A stretch of DNA of 64,000 bases, from NCBI RefSeq assembly GCF_056746865.1, contig NZ_CM163382.1; one strand, written 5' to 3'. This document shows, one piece after another, positions 1 through 13,196 of the stretch. Under the pieces are notes generated by a model that searched no databases, had not been told where the DNA came from, and saw only the letters and a list, made by a program, of their open reading frames with translations. Made by a program: the position numbers and the translations under genes. Numbering within the stretch: the first letter of the stretch is position 1; each line of letters opens with the position of its first letter.

Positions 1-40
1 TCGATGTCAGCAGGTAGGCAAACCACCATTCTAAGGTCAT
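1..40 (-). CDS. rhtB: Threonine/homoserine lactone exporter RhtB, 5' end only (start codon at 38-40, gene runs off the window edge)
   Basis: Reverse-complement of bases 1-40 translates MTLEWWFAYLLTS, matching the RhtB N-terminus; divergent from pldB as in E. coli. Confidence 0.6.
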   Translation of the reverse strand, partial: MTLEWWFAYLLTS

Positions 41-150
41 GATGAACTCCCGGTGTGTCTATTTTTGTGCCACAATACGCTACTGTCGCAGCGTTGTGTC
101 AGGCACGCTTAAAAAAACGATTTTACGTGGTTTAAGAGGCAGATTACCCG

Positions 151-1173
151 ATGTTTCAGCAGCAAAAAGACTGGGAAACAAGAGAAAACGCGTTTGCTGC
201 TTTTACCATGGGACCGCTGACTGATTTCTGGCGTCAGCGAGATGAAGCAGAGTTTACTGGTGTGGATGACATTCCGGTGCGCTTTGTCCGTTTTCGCGCA
301 CAGCACCATGACCGGGTGGTAGTCATCTGCCCGGGGCGTATTGAGAGCTACGTAAAATATGCGGAACTGGCCTACGACCTGTTCCATTTGGGGTTTGATG
401 TCTTAATCATCGACCATCGCGGGCAGGGACGTTCCGGTCGCCTGTTAGCCGATCCGCATCTCGGGCATGTTAATCGCTTTAATGATTATGTTGATGATCT
501 GGCGGCATTCTGGCAACAGGAGGTTCAGCCCGGTCCGTGGCGTAAACGCTTTATACTGGCGCACTCGATGGGCGGTGCGATCTCCACATTATTTCTGCAA
601 CGCCATCCAGGTGTATGTGACGCCATTGCGCTAACTGCGCCAATGTTTGGGATCGTGATTCGTATGCCGTCATTTATGGCACGGCAGATCCTCAACTGGG
701 CCGAAGCGCATCCACGTTTCCGCGATGGCTATGCAATAGGCACCGGGCGCTGGCGCGCGTTGCCGTTTGCTATCAACGTACTGACCCACAGCAGACAGCG
801 ATATCGACGTAACTTACGCTTTTATGCTGATGACCCAACGATTCGCGTCGGTGGGCCGACCTACCATTGGGTACGCGAAAGTATTCTGGCTGGCGAACAG
901 GTGTTAGCCGGTGCGGGTGATGACGCCACGCCAACGCTTCTCTTACAAGCTGAAGAGGAACGCGTGGTGGATAACCGCATGCATGACCGTTTTTGTGAAC
1001 TCCGCACCGCTGCGGGCCATCCTGTCGAAGGAGGACGGCCGTTGGTAATTAAAGGTGCGTACCATGAGATCCTTTTTGAAAAGGACGCAATGCGCTCAGT
1101 CGCGCTCCACGCTATCGTTGATTTTTTCAACAGGCATAACTCACCCAGCGGAAACCGCTCTACAGAGGTTTAA
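151..1173 (+). CDS. pldB: Lysophospholipase L2
   Basis: 340-aa ORF with alpha/beta-hydrolase HSMGG motif; sequence and size match E. coli PldB. Confidence 0.93.
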   Translation: MFQQQKDWETRENAFAAFTMGPLTDFWRQRDEAEFTGVDDIPVRFVRFRAQHHDRVVVICPGRIESYVKYAELAYDLFHLGFDVLIIDHRGQGRSGRLLADPHLGHVNRFNDYVDDLAAFWQQEVQPGPWRKRFILAHSMGGAISTLFLQRHPGVCDAIALTAPMFGIVIRMPSFMARQILNWAEAHPRFRDGYAIGTGRWRALPFAINVLTHSRQRYRRNLRFYADDPTIRVGGPTYHWVRESILAGEQVLAGAGDDATPTLLLQAEEERVVDNRMHDRFCELRTAAGHPVEGGRPLVIKGAYHEILFEKDAMRSVALHAIVDFFNRHNSPSGNRSTEV

Positions 1174-1180
1174 ATTTCTT

Positions 1181-1981
1181 ATGTACCAGGTTGTTGCGTC
1201 TGATTTAGATGGCACGTTACTTTCTCCCGACCATACGTTATCCCCTTACGCCAAAGAAACTCTGAAGCTGCTCACCGCGCGCGGCATCAACTTTGTGTTT
1301 GCGACCGGTCGTCACCACGTTGATGTGGGGCAAATTCGCGATAATTTGGAGATTAAGTCTTACATGATTACCTCCAATGGCGCGCGCGTTCACGATCTGG
1401 ATGGCAATCTGATTTTTGCTCATAACCTGGATCGCGACATTGCCAGCGATCTGTTTGGCGTAGTCAACGACAATCCGGACATCATTACTAACGTTTATCG
1501 CGACGACGAATGGTTTATGAATCGCCATCGCCCGGAAGAGATGCGCTTTTTTAAAGAAGCGGTGTTCAAATATGCGCTGTATGAGCCTGGATTACTGGAG
1601 CCGGAAGGCGTCAGCAAAGTGTTCTTCACCTGCGATTCCCATGAACAACTGCTGCCGCTGGAGCAGGCGATTAACGCTCGCTGGGGCGATCGCGTCAACG
1701 TCAGTTTCTCTACCTTAACCTGTCTGGAAGTGATGGCGGGCGGCGTGTCGAAAGGCCATGCGTTGGAAGCAGTGGCGAAGAAACTGGGCTACAGCCTGAA
1801 GGATTGTATTGCGTTTGGTGACGGGATGAACGACGCCGAAATGCTGTCGATGGCGGGGAAAGGCTGCATTATGGGCAGTGCGCACCAACGGCTGAAAGAT
1901 CTGCATCCGGAGCTGGAAGTGATTGGTACTAACGCCGAGGACGCAGTGCCGCATTATCTGCGTAAGCTCTATTTATCGTAA
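1181..1981 (+). CDS. yigL: HAD-family sugar-phosphate phosphatase YigL
   Basis: ORF track 1055-1981 begins inside pldB; real start is the ATG at 1181 (MYQVVASDLDGTLL, HAD motif I DxDGT), 7 nt after the pldB stop; 266 aa. Confidence 0.9.
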   Translation: MYQVVASDLDGTLLSPDHTLSPYAKETLKLLTARGINFVFATGRHHVDVGQIRDNLEIKSYMITSNGARVHDLDGNLIFAHNLDRDIASDLFGVVNDNPDIITNVYRDDEWFMNRHRPEEMRFFKEAVFKYALYEPGLLEPEGVSKVFFTCDSHEQLLPLEQAINARWGDRVNVSFSTLTCLEVMAGGVSKGHALEAVAKKLGYSLKDCIAFGDGMNDAEMLSMAGKGCIMGSAHQRLKDLHPELEVIGTNAEDAVPHYLRKLYLS

Positions 1982-2056
1982 TCGTTCTTTATTTGGTCAG
2001 TTGTCAACCTGATACTTCGCTACAATGGATACTCGTTAATCAAAGAGTTTTCCATT

Positions 2057-2956
2057 GTGGCGCTACTTATCATCACCACGATTCTGTGGGCCTTCTCCTT
2101 TAGCTTTTATGGCGAGTACCTTGCGGGGCACGTCGATAGCTATTTTGCGGTGCTGGTGCGCGTTGGCCTGGCGGCACTCGTTTTTCTGCCGTTTCTGCGT
2201 ACCCGTGGCAATAGCCTGAAAACGGTCGGCCTGTATATGCTGGTGGGCGCGATGCAGCTCGGCGTGATGTATATGCTGAGTTTTCGCGCCTATCTCTACC
2301 TGACGGTCTCCGAGCTGCTGCTGTTCACCGTACTGACGCCGCTCTACATCACGTTGATTTATGACATCATGAGTCAGCGCCGTCTGCGCTGGGGCTATGC
2401 TTTTAGCGCCTTGTTGGCGGTGATTGGTGCCGGGATTATTCGCTATGATCAGGTCACCGACCACTTCTGGACTGGCCTGCTGCTGGTGCAGCTCTCCAAT
2501 ATCACTTTTGCCATCGGCATGGTGGGTTACAAACGTCTGATGGAAACTCGCCCGATGCCGCAGCATAACGCCTTTGCGTGGTTCTATCTTGGCGCGTTCC
2601 TGGTGGCGGTGATTGCATGGTTCTTGCTGGGAAATGCGCAGAAAATGCCACAAACCACGCTGCAATGGGGCATTCTGGTGTTTCTTGGCGTGGTGGCTTC
2701 CGGGATTGGCTACTTTATGTGGAACTACGGCGCAACCCAAGTAGACGCCGGAACGCTGGGCATTATGAATAATATGCACGTTCCGGCAGGGCTGCTGGTA
2801 AACCTGGCTATCTGGCACCAACAGCCGCACTGGCCAACGTTTATTACAGGCGCGCTGGTGATCCTGGCCTCACTGTGGGTGCATCGTAAGTGGGTCGCTC
2901 CGCGCTCTTCACAAACGGCAGATGATCGCAGGCGTGATTGCGCGCTGAGCGAATAA
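2057..2956 (+). CDS. yigM: Inner-membrane EamA/DMT-family transporter (biotin uptake, BioP)
   Basis: 299-aa hydrophobic ORF with GTG start; matches E. coli YigM. Confidence 0.85.
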   Translation: MALLIITTILWAFSFSFYGEYLAGHVDSYFAVLVRVGLAALVFLPFLRTRGNSLKTVGLYMLVGAMQLGVMYMLSFRAYLYLTVSELLLFTVLTPLYITLIYDIMSQRRLRWGYAFSALLAVIGAGIIRYDQVTDHFWTGLLLVQLSNITFAIGMVGYKRLMETRPMPQHNAFAWFYLGAFLVAVIAWFLLGNAQKMPQTTLQWGILVFLGVVASGIGYFMWNYGATQVDAGTLGIMNNMHVPAGLLVNLAIWHQQPHWPTFITGALVILASLWVHRKWVAPRSSQTADDRRRDCALSE

Positions 2957-3797
2957 ACGCTTCTGTAATCGGCTGACGCTGCTCGCCATCACGCACGGCG
3001 GCGTACAGTCGGCTCCACAAGCCTTCGCCCAGGGTTTTGGTCACCACCAGACCCTGGCGTTCAAAACTCTCCACCACCCAATGCGGTAGTGCGGCAATAC
3101 CCATCCGTGCGGCAACCATCTGAATCAACAATAAGGTGTTATCGACGCTTTTCAGTGACGGGCTGATGCCTGCTGGCTGAAGAAAATGCCGCCAGACATC
3201 CAGTCGACTACGCTGCACCGGATAAATCAACAGCGTCTCGCTGGCGAGATCTTCCGGTGTAATACGCGTTTTCGCCGCCAGTGGATGGTCAGGTGCCAAT
3301 ACCAGACGCACTTCATAATCGAACATCGGCGAATAATGCAGGCCACTGCGCGGCAGAATATCGGACGTCATTACCAGATCCAGCTCTCCCTGTTGCAAGG
3401 CGGGCTGCGGGTCAAATGTCACGCCCGATTTAAAGTCCATCTCGACCTGCGGCCAGTTCTTATGGAAATTTTCTAACGCGGGCGTCAGCCACTGAATACA
3501 GCTATGGCACTCAATGGCGATGCGCAGACGCGTCTGCTGCGGTTCATTGCAGGCTTGCAGTGCCTGGCTAATTTGTGGCAGCACCTGGTTTGCCAGTTGC
3601 AACAGGATTTCTCCCTGCGGTGTAAAGCGAAGCGGCTGGCTCTTACGCACAAATAGCCGGAAGCCAAGGCGTTGTTCCAGATCGCTAAACTGGTGAGATA
3701 GGGCGGATTGCGTCTGATGCAACGTCGCCGCAGCGGCTGCGAGAGAGCCGCAGTTCCGCAACGCTTGTAGCGTTTTCAGGTGTTTTACTTCGATCAT
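2844..3797 (-). CDS. metR: LysR-type transcriptional activator MetR
   Basis: 317-aa ORF with N-terminal HTH ([23 protein letters not shown]) and LysR substrate domain; divergent from metE. Confidence 0.95.
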   Translation of the reverse strand: MIEVKHLKTLQALRNCGSLAAAAATLHQTQSALSHQFSDLEQRLGFRLFVRKSQPLRFTPQGEILLQLANQVLPQISQALQACNEPQQTRLRIAIECHSCIQWLTPALENFHKNWPQVEMDFKSGVTFDPQPALQQGELDLVMTSDILPRSGLHYSPMFDYEVRLVLAPDHPLAAKTRITPEDLASETLLIYPVQRSRLDVWRHFLQPAGISPSLKSVDNTLLLIQMVAARMGIAALPHWVVESFERQGLVVTKTLGEGLWSRLYAAVRDGEQRQPITEAFIRSARNHACDHLPFVKSAERPTYDAPTVRPGSPARL

Positions 3798-4032
3798 GAA
3801 AGTCCTTCACTTCGGCATGAATAATTTGCGCTTGAGGAATATACAGTAACCGCCAATTATGGATGTGTAAACATCTGGACGGCTAAAATCCTTCGTCTTT
3901 TAAATTTATGGTGCGTTGGCTGCGTTTCTTCACCCCGGTCACTTACTTCAGTAAGCTCCCGGGGATGAATAAACTTGCCGCCTTCCCTAAATTCAAAATC
4001 CATAGGATTTACATATAATTAGAGGAAGAGAA
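3798..4032. promoter_or_regulatory. metR/metE divergent promoter region (expected to hold MetR and MetJ operator sites)
   Basis: 235-bp intergenic region between divergent metR and metE; individual met-boxes not confidently resolved by eye. Confidence 0.5.
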
Positions 4033-6294
4033 ATGACAATATTGAATCACACCCTCGGTTTCCCTCGCGTTGGCCTGCGTCGCGAGCTGAAAAAAGCGCA
4101 AGAGAGTTATTGGGCGGGGAACTCCACGCGTGAAGAACTGCTGGCAGTAGGGCGTGAACTGCGTGCCCGTCACTGGGATCAACAAAAGCAGGCGGGTATC
4201 GACCTGCTGCCGGTGGGCGATTTTGCCTGGTACGATCATGTACTGACCACCAGTCTGCTGCTGGGTAATGTTCCGCCACGTCATCAGAACAAAGATGGTT
4301 CGGTAGATATCGACACCCTGTTCCGTATTGGTCGTGGACGTGCGCCGACTGGCGAACCTGCGGCGGCAGCGGAAATGACCAAATGGTTTAACACCAACTA
4401 TCACTACATGGTGCCGGAGTTCGTTAAAGGCCAGCAGTTCAAACTGACCTGGACGCAGCTGCTGGAGGAAGTGGACGAGGCGCAGGCGCTGGGCCACAAG
4501 GTGAAACCTGTGCTGCTGGGGCCGGTTACCTACCTATGGCTTGGGAAAGTGAAAGGTGAACAGTTTGACCGCCTGAGCCTGCTAAACGACATTCTGCCGG
4601 TTTATCAGCAAGTACTGGCAGAACTGGCAAAACGCGGCATTGAGTGGGTACAGATCGACGAACCCGCACTGGTACTGGAACTACCGCAGGCGTGGCTGGA
4701 CGCATACAAACCCGCTTACGACGCGCTTCAGGGCCAGGTGAAACTGCTGCTGACTACCTATTTTGAAGGCGTAACGCCAAATCTCGACACGATTACTGCG
4801 CTGCCTGTTCAGGGGCTGCATGTGGACCTTGTACATGGTAAAGATGACGTTGCTGAACTGCACAAGCGTCTGCCTTCAGACTGGCTACTGTCTGCGGGTC
4901 TTATCAATGGTCGTAACGTCTGGCGCGCCGATCTTACCGAGAAATATGCGCAAATTAAGGACATTGTCGGCAAACGTGATTTGTGGGTGGCATCTTCCTG
5001 CTCGTTGCTGCACAGCCCCATCGACCTGAGCGTGGAAACGCGTCTTGATGCAGAAGTGAAAAGCTGGTTTGCCTTCGCCCTACAAAAATGCCATGAACTG
5101 TCACTGCTGCGCGATGCGCTGAACAGTGGTGATACGGCAGCTCTGGCAGAGTGGAGCGCCCCGATTCAGGCGCGTCGTCACTCAACCCGCGTACATAATC
5201 CGGCAGTAGAAAAGCGTCTGGCGGCGATCACCGCTCAGGACAGTCAGCGTGCGAATGTCTATGAAGTGCGTGCTGAAGCCCAGCGTGCGCGTTTTAAACT
5301 CCCAGCATGGCCGACCACCACGATTGGTTCTTTCCCGCAAACTACGGAAATTCGTACCCTGCGTCTGGATTTCAAAAAGGGTAATCTCGACGCTAACAAC
5401 TACCGCACGGGCATTGCGGAACATATCAAGCAGGCCATTGTTGAGCAGGAACGTTTGGGACTGGATGTGCTGGTACATGGCGAGGCTGAGCGTAATGACA
5501 TGGTGGAATACTTTGGCGAGCACCTCGACGGTTTTGTCTTTACGCAAAACGGTTGGGTACAGAGCTACGGTTCCCGCTGCGTGAAGCCACCGATTGTTAT
5601 TGGTGACGTTAGCCGCCCGGCACCGATTACCGTGGAGTGGGCAAAATATGCGCAATCCCTGACTGATAAACCGGTGAAAGGGATGTTGACCGGCCCAGTG
5701 ACCATTCTCTGCTGGTCGTTCCCGCGTGAAGATGTCAGCCGTGAAACCATCGCCAAACAAATTGCGCTGGCGCTGCGTGATGAAGTCGCGGACCTGGAAG
5801 CCGCTGGAATTGGCATCATTCAGATTGATGAACCGGCGCTGCGCGAAGGTTTACCGCTGCGTCGTAGCGACTGGGATGCATATCTCCAGTGGGGCGTCGA
5901 GGCTTTCCGTATCAACGCCGCCGTGGCGAAAGATGACACACAAATCCACACTCACATGTGTTACTGCGAGTTCAACGACATCATGGATTCGATTGCGGCG
6001 CTGGACGCAGACGTCATCACCATCGAAACCTCGCGTTCCGACATGGAGTTGCTGGAGTCGTTTGAAGAGTTTGATTATCCAAATGAAATCGGTCCTGGCG
6101 TCTATGACATTCACTCGCCAAACGTACCGAGCGTAGAATGGATTGAAGCCTTGCTGAAGAAAGCGGCAAAACGCATTCCGGCAGAGCGCCTGTGGGTCAA
6201 CCCGGACTGTGGCCTGAAAACGCGCGGCTGGCCAGAAACCCGCGCGGCACTGGCGAACATGGTGCAGGCGGCGCAGAATTTGCGTCGGGGGTAA
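4033..6294 (+). CDS. metE: Cobalamin-independent methionine synthase
   Basis: 753-aa ORF starting [29 protein letters not shown]; matches E. coli MetE. Confidence 0.97.
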
Positions 6295-6298
6295 ATCC

Positions 6299-6330
6299 AA
6301 ACCGGGTGGTAATACCACCCGGTCTTTTCT
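6299..6330. terminator. Bidirectional rho-independent terminator between convergent metE and ysgA
   Basis: Perfect inverted repeat ccgggtgg-taata-ccacccgg flanked by A-run upstream and T-run downstream. Confidence 0.7.
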
Positions 6331-6332
6331 CA

Positions 6333-7148
6333 TTACAGCGACTTCTTCCCACCATACCGCTTAAACCACTCCAGCATACGCTGCCAGCCGTCTTTCGCAG
6401 ATTCGGCATGATAGCTCGGGCGATAATCAGCGTTGAATGCATGTCCGGCATCCGGGTACACGATAATCTCTGCTTTCGCATTAGCAGCCCGCAGCGCCTG
6501 GCGCATCGTTTCAACGCTCTCCTGCGGAATGCTGTTATCCTGACCACCATATAAGCCGAGAACCGGCGCGTTAAGATCGGTTGCGATATCAACAGGTTGT
6601 TTCGGTGAATTCAGCGACTTATCGCCCGTCAGTTTGCCGTACCATGCCACCGCCGCTTTCAGTTGCGGGTTATGCGCAGCATACAGCCAGGTGATACGTC
6701 CACCCCAGCAGAATCCGGTGATCATTAAACGATGAACATCGCCGCCGTTGCGGGAAGCCCAACTGGCGACATGATCGAGATCGGCCAGCACCTGCGAGTC
6801 AGGCACTTTTGCTACCAGACCGCTAAGTAACGTGGGGATATCGGCAAAATCATTCGGATCGCCTTCGCGGAAGTAAAGTTCAGGAGCGATAGCCAGATAC
6901 CCCTCCAGCGCCAGACGGCGACAAATGTCGCGGATATGTTCATGCACGCCAAAAATTTCCTGCACTACAATGACCACTGGCAGTGGGCCATCGCTTTGCT
7001 TTGGTCTGGCATGGTAAGCAGGCATGTTATCCCCTTGTGAAGGGATAGAGGTGAAGCCCGCCACAATCGCGTCGTCCGGGGTCTGAACGATGGTCGAAGC
7101 TAGAGGCGATGCAGCAGGTGCAAATCCAGATTGTTGTGTTGTTGCCAT
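6333..7148 (-). CDS. ysgA: Dienelactone hydrolase-family protein (putative carboxymethylenebutenolidase)
   Basis: ORF 6333-7214; likely start at internal ATG 7146-7148 (MATTQQSG...), 271 aa; GFCWGG nucleophile elbow typical of the family. Confidence 0.8.
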   Translation of the reverse strand: MATTQQSGFAPAASPLASTIVQTPDDAIVAGFTSIPSQGDNMPAYHARPKQSDGPLPVVIVVQEIFGVHEHIRDICRRLALEGYLAIAPELYFREGDPNDFADIPTLLSGLVAKVPDSQVLADLDHVASWASRNGGDVHRLMITGFCWGGRITWLYAAHNPQLKAAVAWYGKLTGDKSLNSPKQPVDIATDLNAPVLGLYGGQDNSIPQESVETMRQALRAANAKAEIIVYPDAGHAFNADYRPSYHAESAKDGWQRMLEWFKRYGGKKSL

Positions 7149-7267
7149 GGTATTCTCCGTACCCTTATAAAAATGTTGCGCAATGTTAACTATAGTCAGC
7201 ATGCAACAAATCACATTGCCTGAATCGGCTCATCTTTTATGCAGTCCTGCAGAATGAAGAGTGATTT

Positions 7268-7336
7268 ATGTGATTTGCATCACTTTTGGCGGGTAAATTT
7301 ATGCAACGCATTTTCGTCATGGTGATGAGTATCACG
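7268..7336 (+). promoter_or_regulatory. udp promoter region with two CRP-like sites (TGTGAtttgcaTCACt at about 7270-7285; GGTGAtgagtaTCACG at 7321-7336)
   Basis: Two matches to the CRP consensus TGTGA-N6-TCACA about 50 bp apart, upstream of udp; consistent with known CRP/CytR control of udp. Confidence 0.6.
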
Positions 7337-7409
7337 AAAAAATGTTAAACCCTTCGGTAAAGTGTCTTTTTGCTTCTTCTGACTAAACCGATTCACAGAG
7401 GAGTTGTAT

Positions 7410-8171
7410 ATGTCCAAGTCTGATGTTTTTCATCTCGGCCTCACTAAAAACGATTTACAAGGGGCTACGCTTGCCATCGTCCCTGGCGACCCGGATCGTG
7501 TGGAAAAGATCGCCGCGCTGATGGATAAGCCGGTTAAGCTGGCATCTCACCGCGAATTCACCACCTGGCGTGCAGAGCTGGATGGTAAACCTGTTATCGT
7601 CTGCTCTACCGGTATCGGCGGCCCGTCTACCTCTATTGCTGTTGAAGAGCTGGCACAGCTGGGCATTCGCACCTTCCTGCGTATCGGTACAACGGGCGCT
7701 ATTCAGCCGCATATTAATGTTGGCGATGTTCTGGTTACCACGGCGTCTGTTCGTCTGGATGGCGCGAGCCTGCACTTCGCACCGCTGGAATTCCCGGCTG
7801 TCGCTGATTTCGAATGTACGACTGCGCTGGTTGAGGCTGCGAAATCCATCGGCGCGACGACTCACGTTGGCGTGACGGCTTCTTCTGATACCTTCTACCC
7901 AGGTCAGGAACGTTACGATACTTACTCTGGTCGCGTAGTTCGTCACTTTAAAGGTTCTATGGAAGAGTGGCAGGCGATGGGCGTAATGAACTATGAAATG
8001 GAATCTGCAACCCTGCTGACCATGTGTGCAAGTCAGGGCCTACGTGCCGGTATGGTAGCGGGTGTTATCGTTAACCGCACCCAGCAAGAGATCCCGAATG
8101 CTGAGACGATGAAACAAACTGAAAGCCAAGCGGTGAAAATCGTGGTGGAAGCGGCGCGTCGTCTGCTGTAA
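7410..8171 (+). CDS. udp: Uridine phosphorylase
   Basis: ORF track starts at a TTG at 7404; canonical start is ATG 7410 ([11 protein letters not shown]...), 253 aa. Confidence 0.95.
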   Translation: MSKSDVFHLGLTKNDLQGATLAIVPGDPDRVEKIAALMDKPVKLASHREFTTWRAELDGKPVIVCSTGIGGPSTSIAVEELAQLGIRTFLRIGTTGAIQPHINVGDVLVTTASVRLDGASLHFAPLEFPAVADFECTTALVEAAKSIGATTHVGVTASSDTFYPGQERYDTYSGRVVRHFKGSMEEWQAMGVMNYEMESATLLTMCASQGLRAGMVAGVIVNRTQQEIPNAETMKQTESQAVKIVVEAARRLL

Positions 8172-8188
8172 TCCTCTTCTCCTGTCTG

Positions 8189-8215
8189 AAGGCCGACGCG
8201 TTCGGCCTTTTGTAT
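8189..8215 (+). terminator. Rho-independent terminator after udp
   Basis: Hairpin aaggccgaacg/cgttcggcctt followed by a T-run. Confidence 0.75.
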
Positions 8216-8311
8216 TTTTGCGTAGCGCCTCGCAGGAAATGCCTTTCCAACTGGACGTTTGTACAGCACAATTCTATTTTGTGCGGGTAAGTTGTTGCGT
8301 CAGGAGGCGTT

Positions 8312-9739
8312 GTGGATTTCTCAATCATGGTTTACGCAGTTATTGCGTTGGTGGGTGTGGCAATTGGCTGGCTGTTTGCCAGTTATCAACATGCGCAGCA
8401 AAAAGCCGAGCAATTAGCTGAACGTGAAGAGATGGTCGCGGAGTTAAGCGCGGCAAAACAACAAATTACTCAAAGCGAGCACTGGCGCGCTGAGTGCGAG
8501 TTACTCAATAACGAAGTGCGCAGCCTGCAAAGTATTAACACCTCTCTGGAGGCCGATCTGCGTGAGGTGACCACGCGGATGGAAGCCGCACAGCAACACG
8601 CTGACGATAAAATTCGCCAGATGATTAACAGCGAGCAGCGCCTCAGTGAGCAGTTTGAAAACCTCGCCAACCGTATTTTTGAGCACAGCAATCGCCGGGT
8701 TGATGAGCAAAACCGTCAGAGTCTGAACAGCCTGTTGTCGCCGCTACGTGAACAACTGGACGGTTTCCGCCGTCAGGTTCAGGACAGCTTTGGTAAAGAA
8801 GCACAAGAACGCCATACCCTGACCCACGAAATTCGCAATCTCCAGCAGCTCAACGCGCAAATGGCCCAGGAAGCGATCAACCTGACGCGCGCGCTGAAAG
8901 GCGACAATAAAACCCAGGGCAACTGGGGCGAGGTAGTATTGACGCGGGTGCTGGAGGCTTCCGGTCTGCGTGAAGGGTATGAATATGAAACCCAGGTCAG
9001 CATCGAAAATGACGCCCGCTCGCGGATGCAGCCGGATGTCATCGTGCGGTTGCCGCAGGGAAAAGATGTGGTGATCGACGCCAAAATGACGCTGGTCGCC
9101 TATGAACGCTATTTCAACGCCGAAGATGACTACACCCGCGAAAGCGCGCTACAGGAACATATCGCGTCGGTGCGTAACCATATCCGTTTGCTGGGACGCA
9201 AAGATTATCAACAGCTGCCGGGGCTGCGAACCCTGGATTACGTGCTGATGTTTATTCCCGTTGAACCCGCTTTTTTACTGGCGCTTGACCGCCAGCCGGA
9301 GCTGATCACCGAAGCGTTGAAAAACAATATCATGCTGGTTAGCCCGACTACGCTGCTGGTGGCGCTGCGCACTATCGCCAACCTGTGGCGTTATGAGCAT
9401 CAAAGCCGCAACGCCCAGCAAATCGCCGATCGTGCCAGCAAGCTGTACGACAAGATGCGTTTGTTCATCGATGACATGTCCGCGATTGGTCAAAGTCTCG
9501 ACAAAGCGCAGGATAACTACCGCCAGGCAATGAAAAAACTCTCTTCAGGTCGCGGAAATGTGCTGGCGCAGGCAGAAGCGTTTCGCGGTTTAGGGGTAGA
9601 AATTAAACGCGAGATTAATCCGGATTTGGCTGAACAGGCGGTGAGCCAGGATGAAGAGTATCGACTGCGGTCGGTTCCGGAGCAGCCGAATGATGAAGCT
9701 TATCAACGCGATGATGAATATAATCAGCAGTCGCGCTAG
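8312..9739 (+). CDS. rmuC: DNA recombination protein RmuC
   Basis: 475-aa ORF with N-terminal TM helix and long coiled-coil region; matches E. coli RmuC (YigN). Confidence 0.9.
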   Translation: MDFSIMVYAVIALVGVAIGWLFASYQHAQQKAEQLAEREEMVAELSAAKQQITQSEHWRAECELLNNEVRSLQSINTSLEADLREVTTRMEAAQQHADDKIRQMINSEQRLSEQFENLANRIFEHSNRRVDEQNRQSLNSLLSPLREQLDGFRRQVQDSFGKEAQERHTLTHEIRNLQQLNAQMAQEAINLTRALKGDNKTQGNWGEVVLTRVLEASGLREGYEYETQVSIENDARSRMQPDVIVRLPQGKDVVIDAKMTLVAYERYFNAEDDYTRESALQEHIASVRNHIRLLGRKDYQQLPGLRTLDYVLMFIPVEPAFLLALDRQPELITEALKNNIMLVSPTTLLVALRTIANLWRYEHQSRNAQQIADRASKLYDKMRLFIDDMSAIGQSLDKAQDNYRQAMKKLSSGRGNVLAQAEAFRGLGVEIKREINPDLAEQAVSQDEEYRLRSVPEQPNDEAYQRDDEYNQQSR

Positions 9740-9833
9740 CCCATTGGGGGTAGTTAAGCCGGGTAGAAATCTAGGGCATCGACGCCCAATCTGTTACACT
9801 TCTGGAACAATTTTTTGATGAGCAGGCATTGAG

Positions 9834-10589
9834 ATGGTGGATAAGTCACAAGAAACGACGCACTTTGGTTTTCAGACCGTCGCGAAGGAACAAAAAGCGG
9901 ATATGGTCGCTCACGTTTTCCATTCCGTGGCATCAAAATACGATGTCATGAATGATTTGATGTCATTCGGTATTCATCGTTTGTGGAAGCGATTCACGAT
10001 TGATTGCAGCGGCGTACGCCGCGGGCAGACCGTGCTGGATCTGGCTGGTGGCACCGGCGACCTGACAGCGAAATTCTCCCGCCTGGTCGGAGAAACTGGC
10101 AAAGTGGTCCTTGCTGATATCAATGAATCCATGCTCAAAATGGGACGCGAGAAGCTGCGTAATATCGGTGTGATTGGCAACGTTGAGTATGTTCAAGCGA
10201 ACGCTGAGGCGCTGCCGTTCCCGGATAACACCTTTGATTGCATCACCATTTCGTTTGGTCTGCGTAACGTCACCGACAAAGATAAAGCACTGCGTTCAAT
10301 GTATCGCGTGCTGAAACCCGGCGGCCGCCTGCTGGTGCTTGAGTTCTCGAAGCCGATTATCGAGCCGCTGAGCAAAGCCTATGATGCATACTCCTTCCAT
10401 GTGCTGCCGCGTATTGGCTCACTGGTCGCGAACGACGCCGACAGCTATCGTTATCTGGCAGAATCCATCCGTATGCATCCCGATCAGGATACCCTGAAAG
10501 CCATGATGCAGGATGCCGGATTCGAAAGTGTCGACTACTACAATCTGACGGCAGGGGTTGTGGCGTTGCATCGTGGTTATAAGTTCTGA
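9834..10589 (+). CDS. ubiE: Ubiquinone/menaquinone C-methyltransferase
   Basis: 251-aa ORF with SAM-binding motif LDLAGGTGD; matches UbiE. Confidence 0.95.
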
Positions 10590-10602
10590 CAGGAGACCGG
10601 AA

Positions 10603-12845
<2,243 letters not shown>

Positions 12846-12923
12846 TTTTTTCATCGCTCAAGGCGGGCCGTGTAACGTATAATGCGGCCTTGTTTAATCA
12901 TCATCTACCACAGAGGAACATGT

Positions 12924-13193
12924 ATGGGTGGTATCAGTATTTGGCAGTTATTGATTATTGCCGTCATCGTTGTACTGCTTTTTGGCACCAAAAAGCTCGG
13001 CTCCATCGGTTCCGATCTTGGTGCGTCGATCAAAGGCTTTAAAAAAGCAATGAGCGATGATGAACCAAAGCAGGATAAAACCAGTCAGGATGCTGATTTT
13101 ACTGCGAAAACTATCGCCGATAAGCAGGCGGATACGAATCAGGAACAGGCTAAAACAGAAGACGCGAAGCGCCACGATAAAGAGCAGGTGTAA
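12924..13193 (+). CDS. tatA: Twin-arginine translocase subunit TatA
   Basis: Start at ATG 12924 ([27 protein letters not shown]...), 89 aa. Confidence 0.95.
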   Translation: MGGISIWQLLIIAVIVVLLFGTKKLGSIGSDLGASIKGFKKAMSDDEPKQDKTSQDADFTAKTIADKQADTNQEQAKTEDAKRHDKEQV

Positions 13194-13196
13194 TCC

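Noticed and set aside
1055-1180. N-terminal extension of the yigL ORF reaching into pldB (and similar ORF-track extensions for udp, ubiJ, tatA, fre, fadB, glnG, ompL, yihG, yihD, yihI)
   Set aside because: The track reports the longest ORF from any ATG/GTG/TTG. Internal ATGs with better spacing, known N-termini and operon junction logic give the shorter starts used in the feature list.
2063-2830. 255-aa minus-strand ORF antisense to yigM
   Set aside because: Hydrophilic, H/Q/R-rich translation entirely within the yigM membrane-protein gene; antisense artefact.
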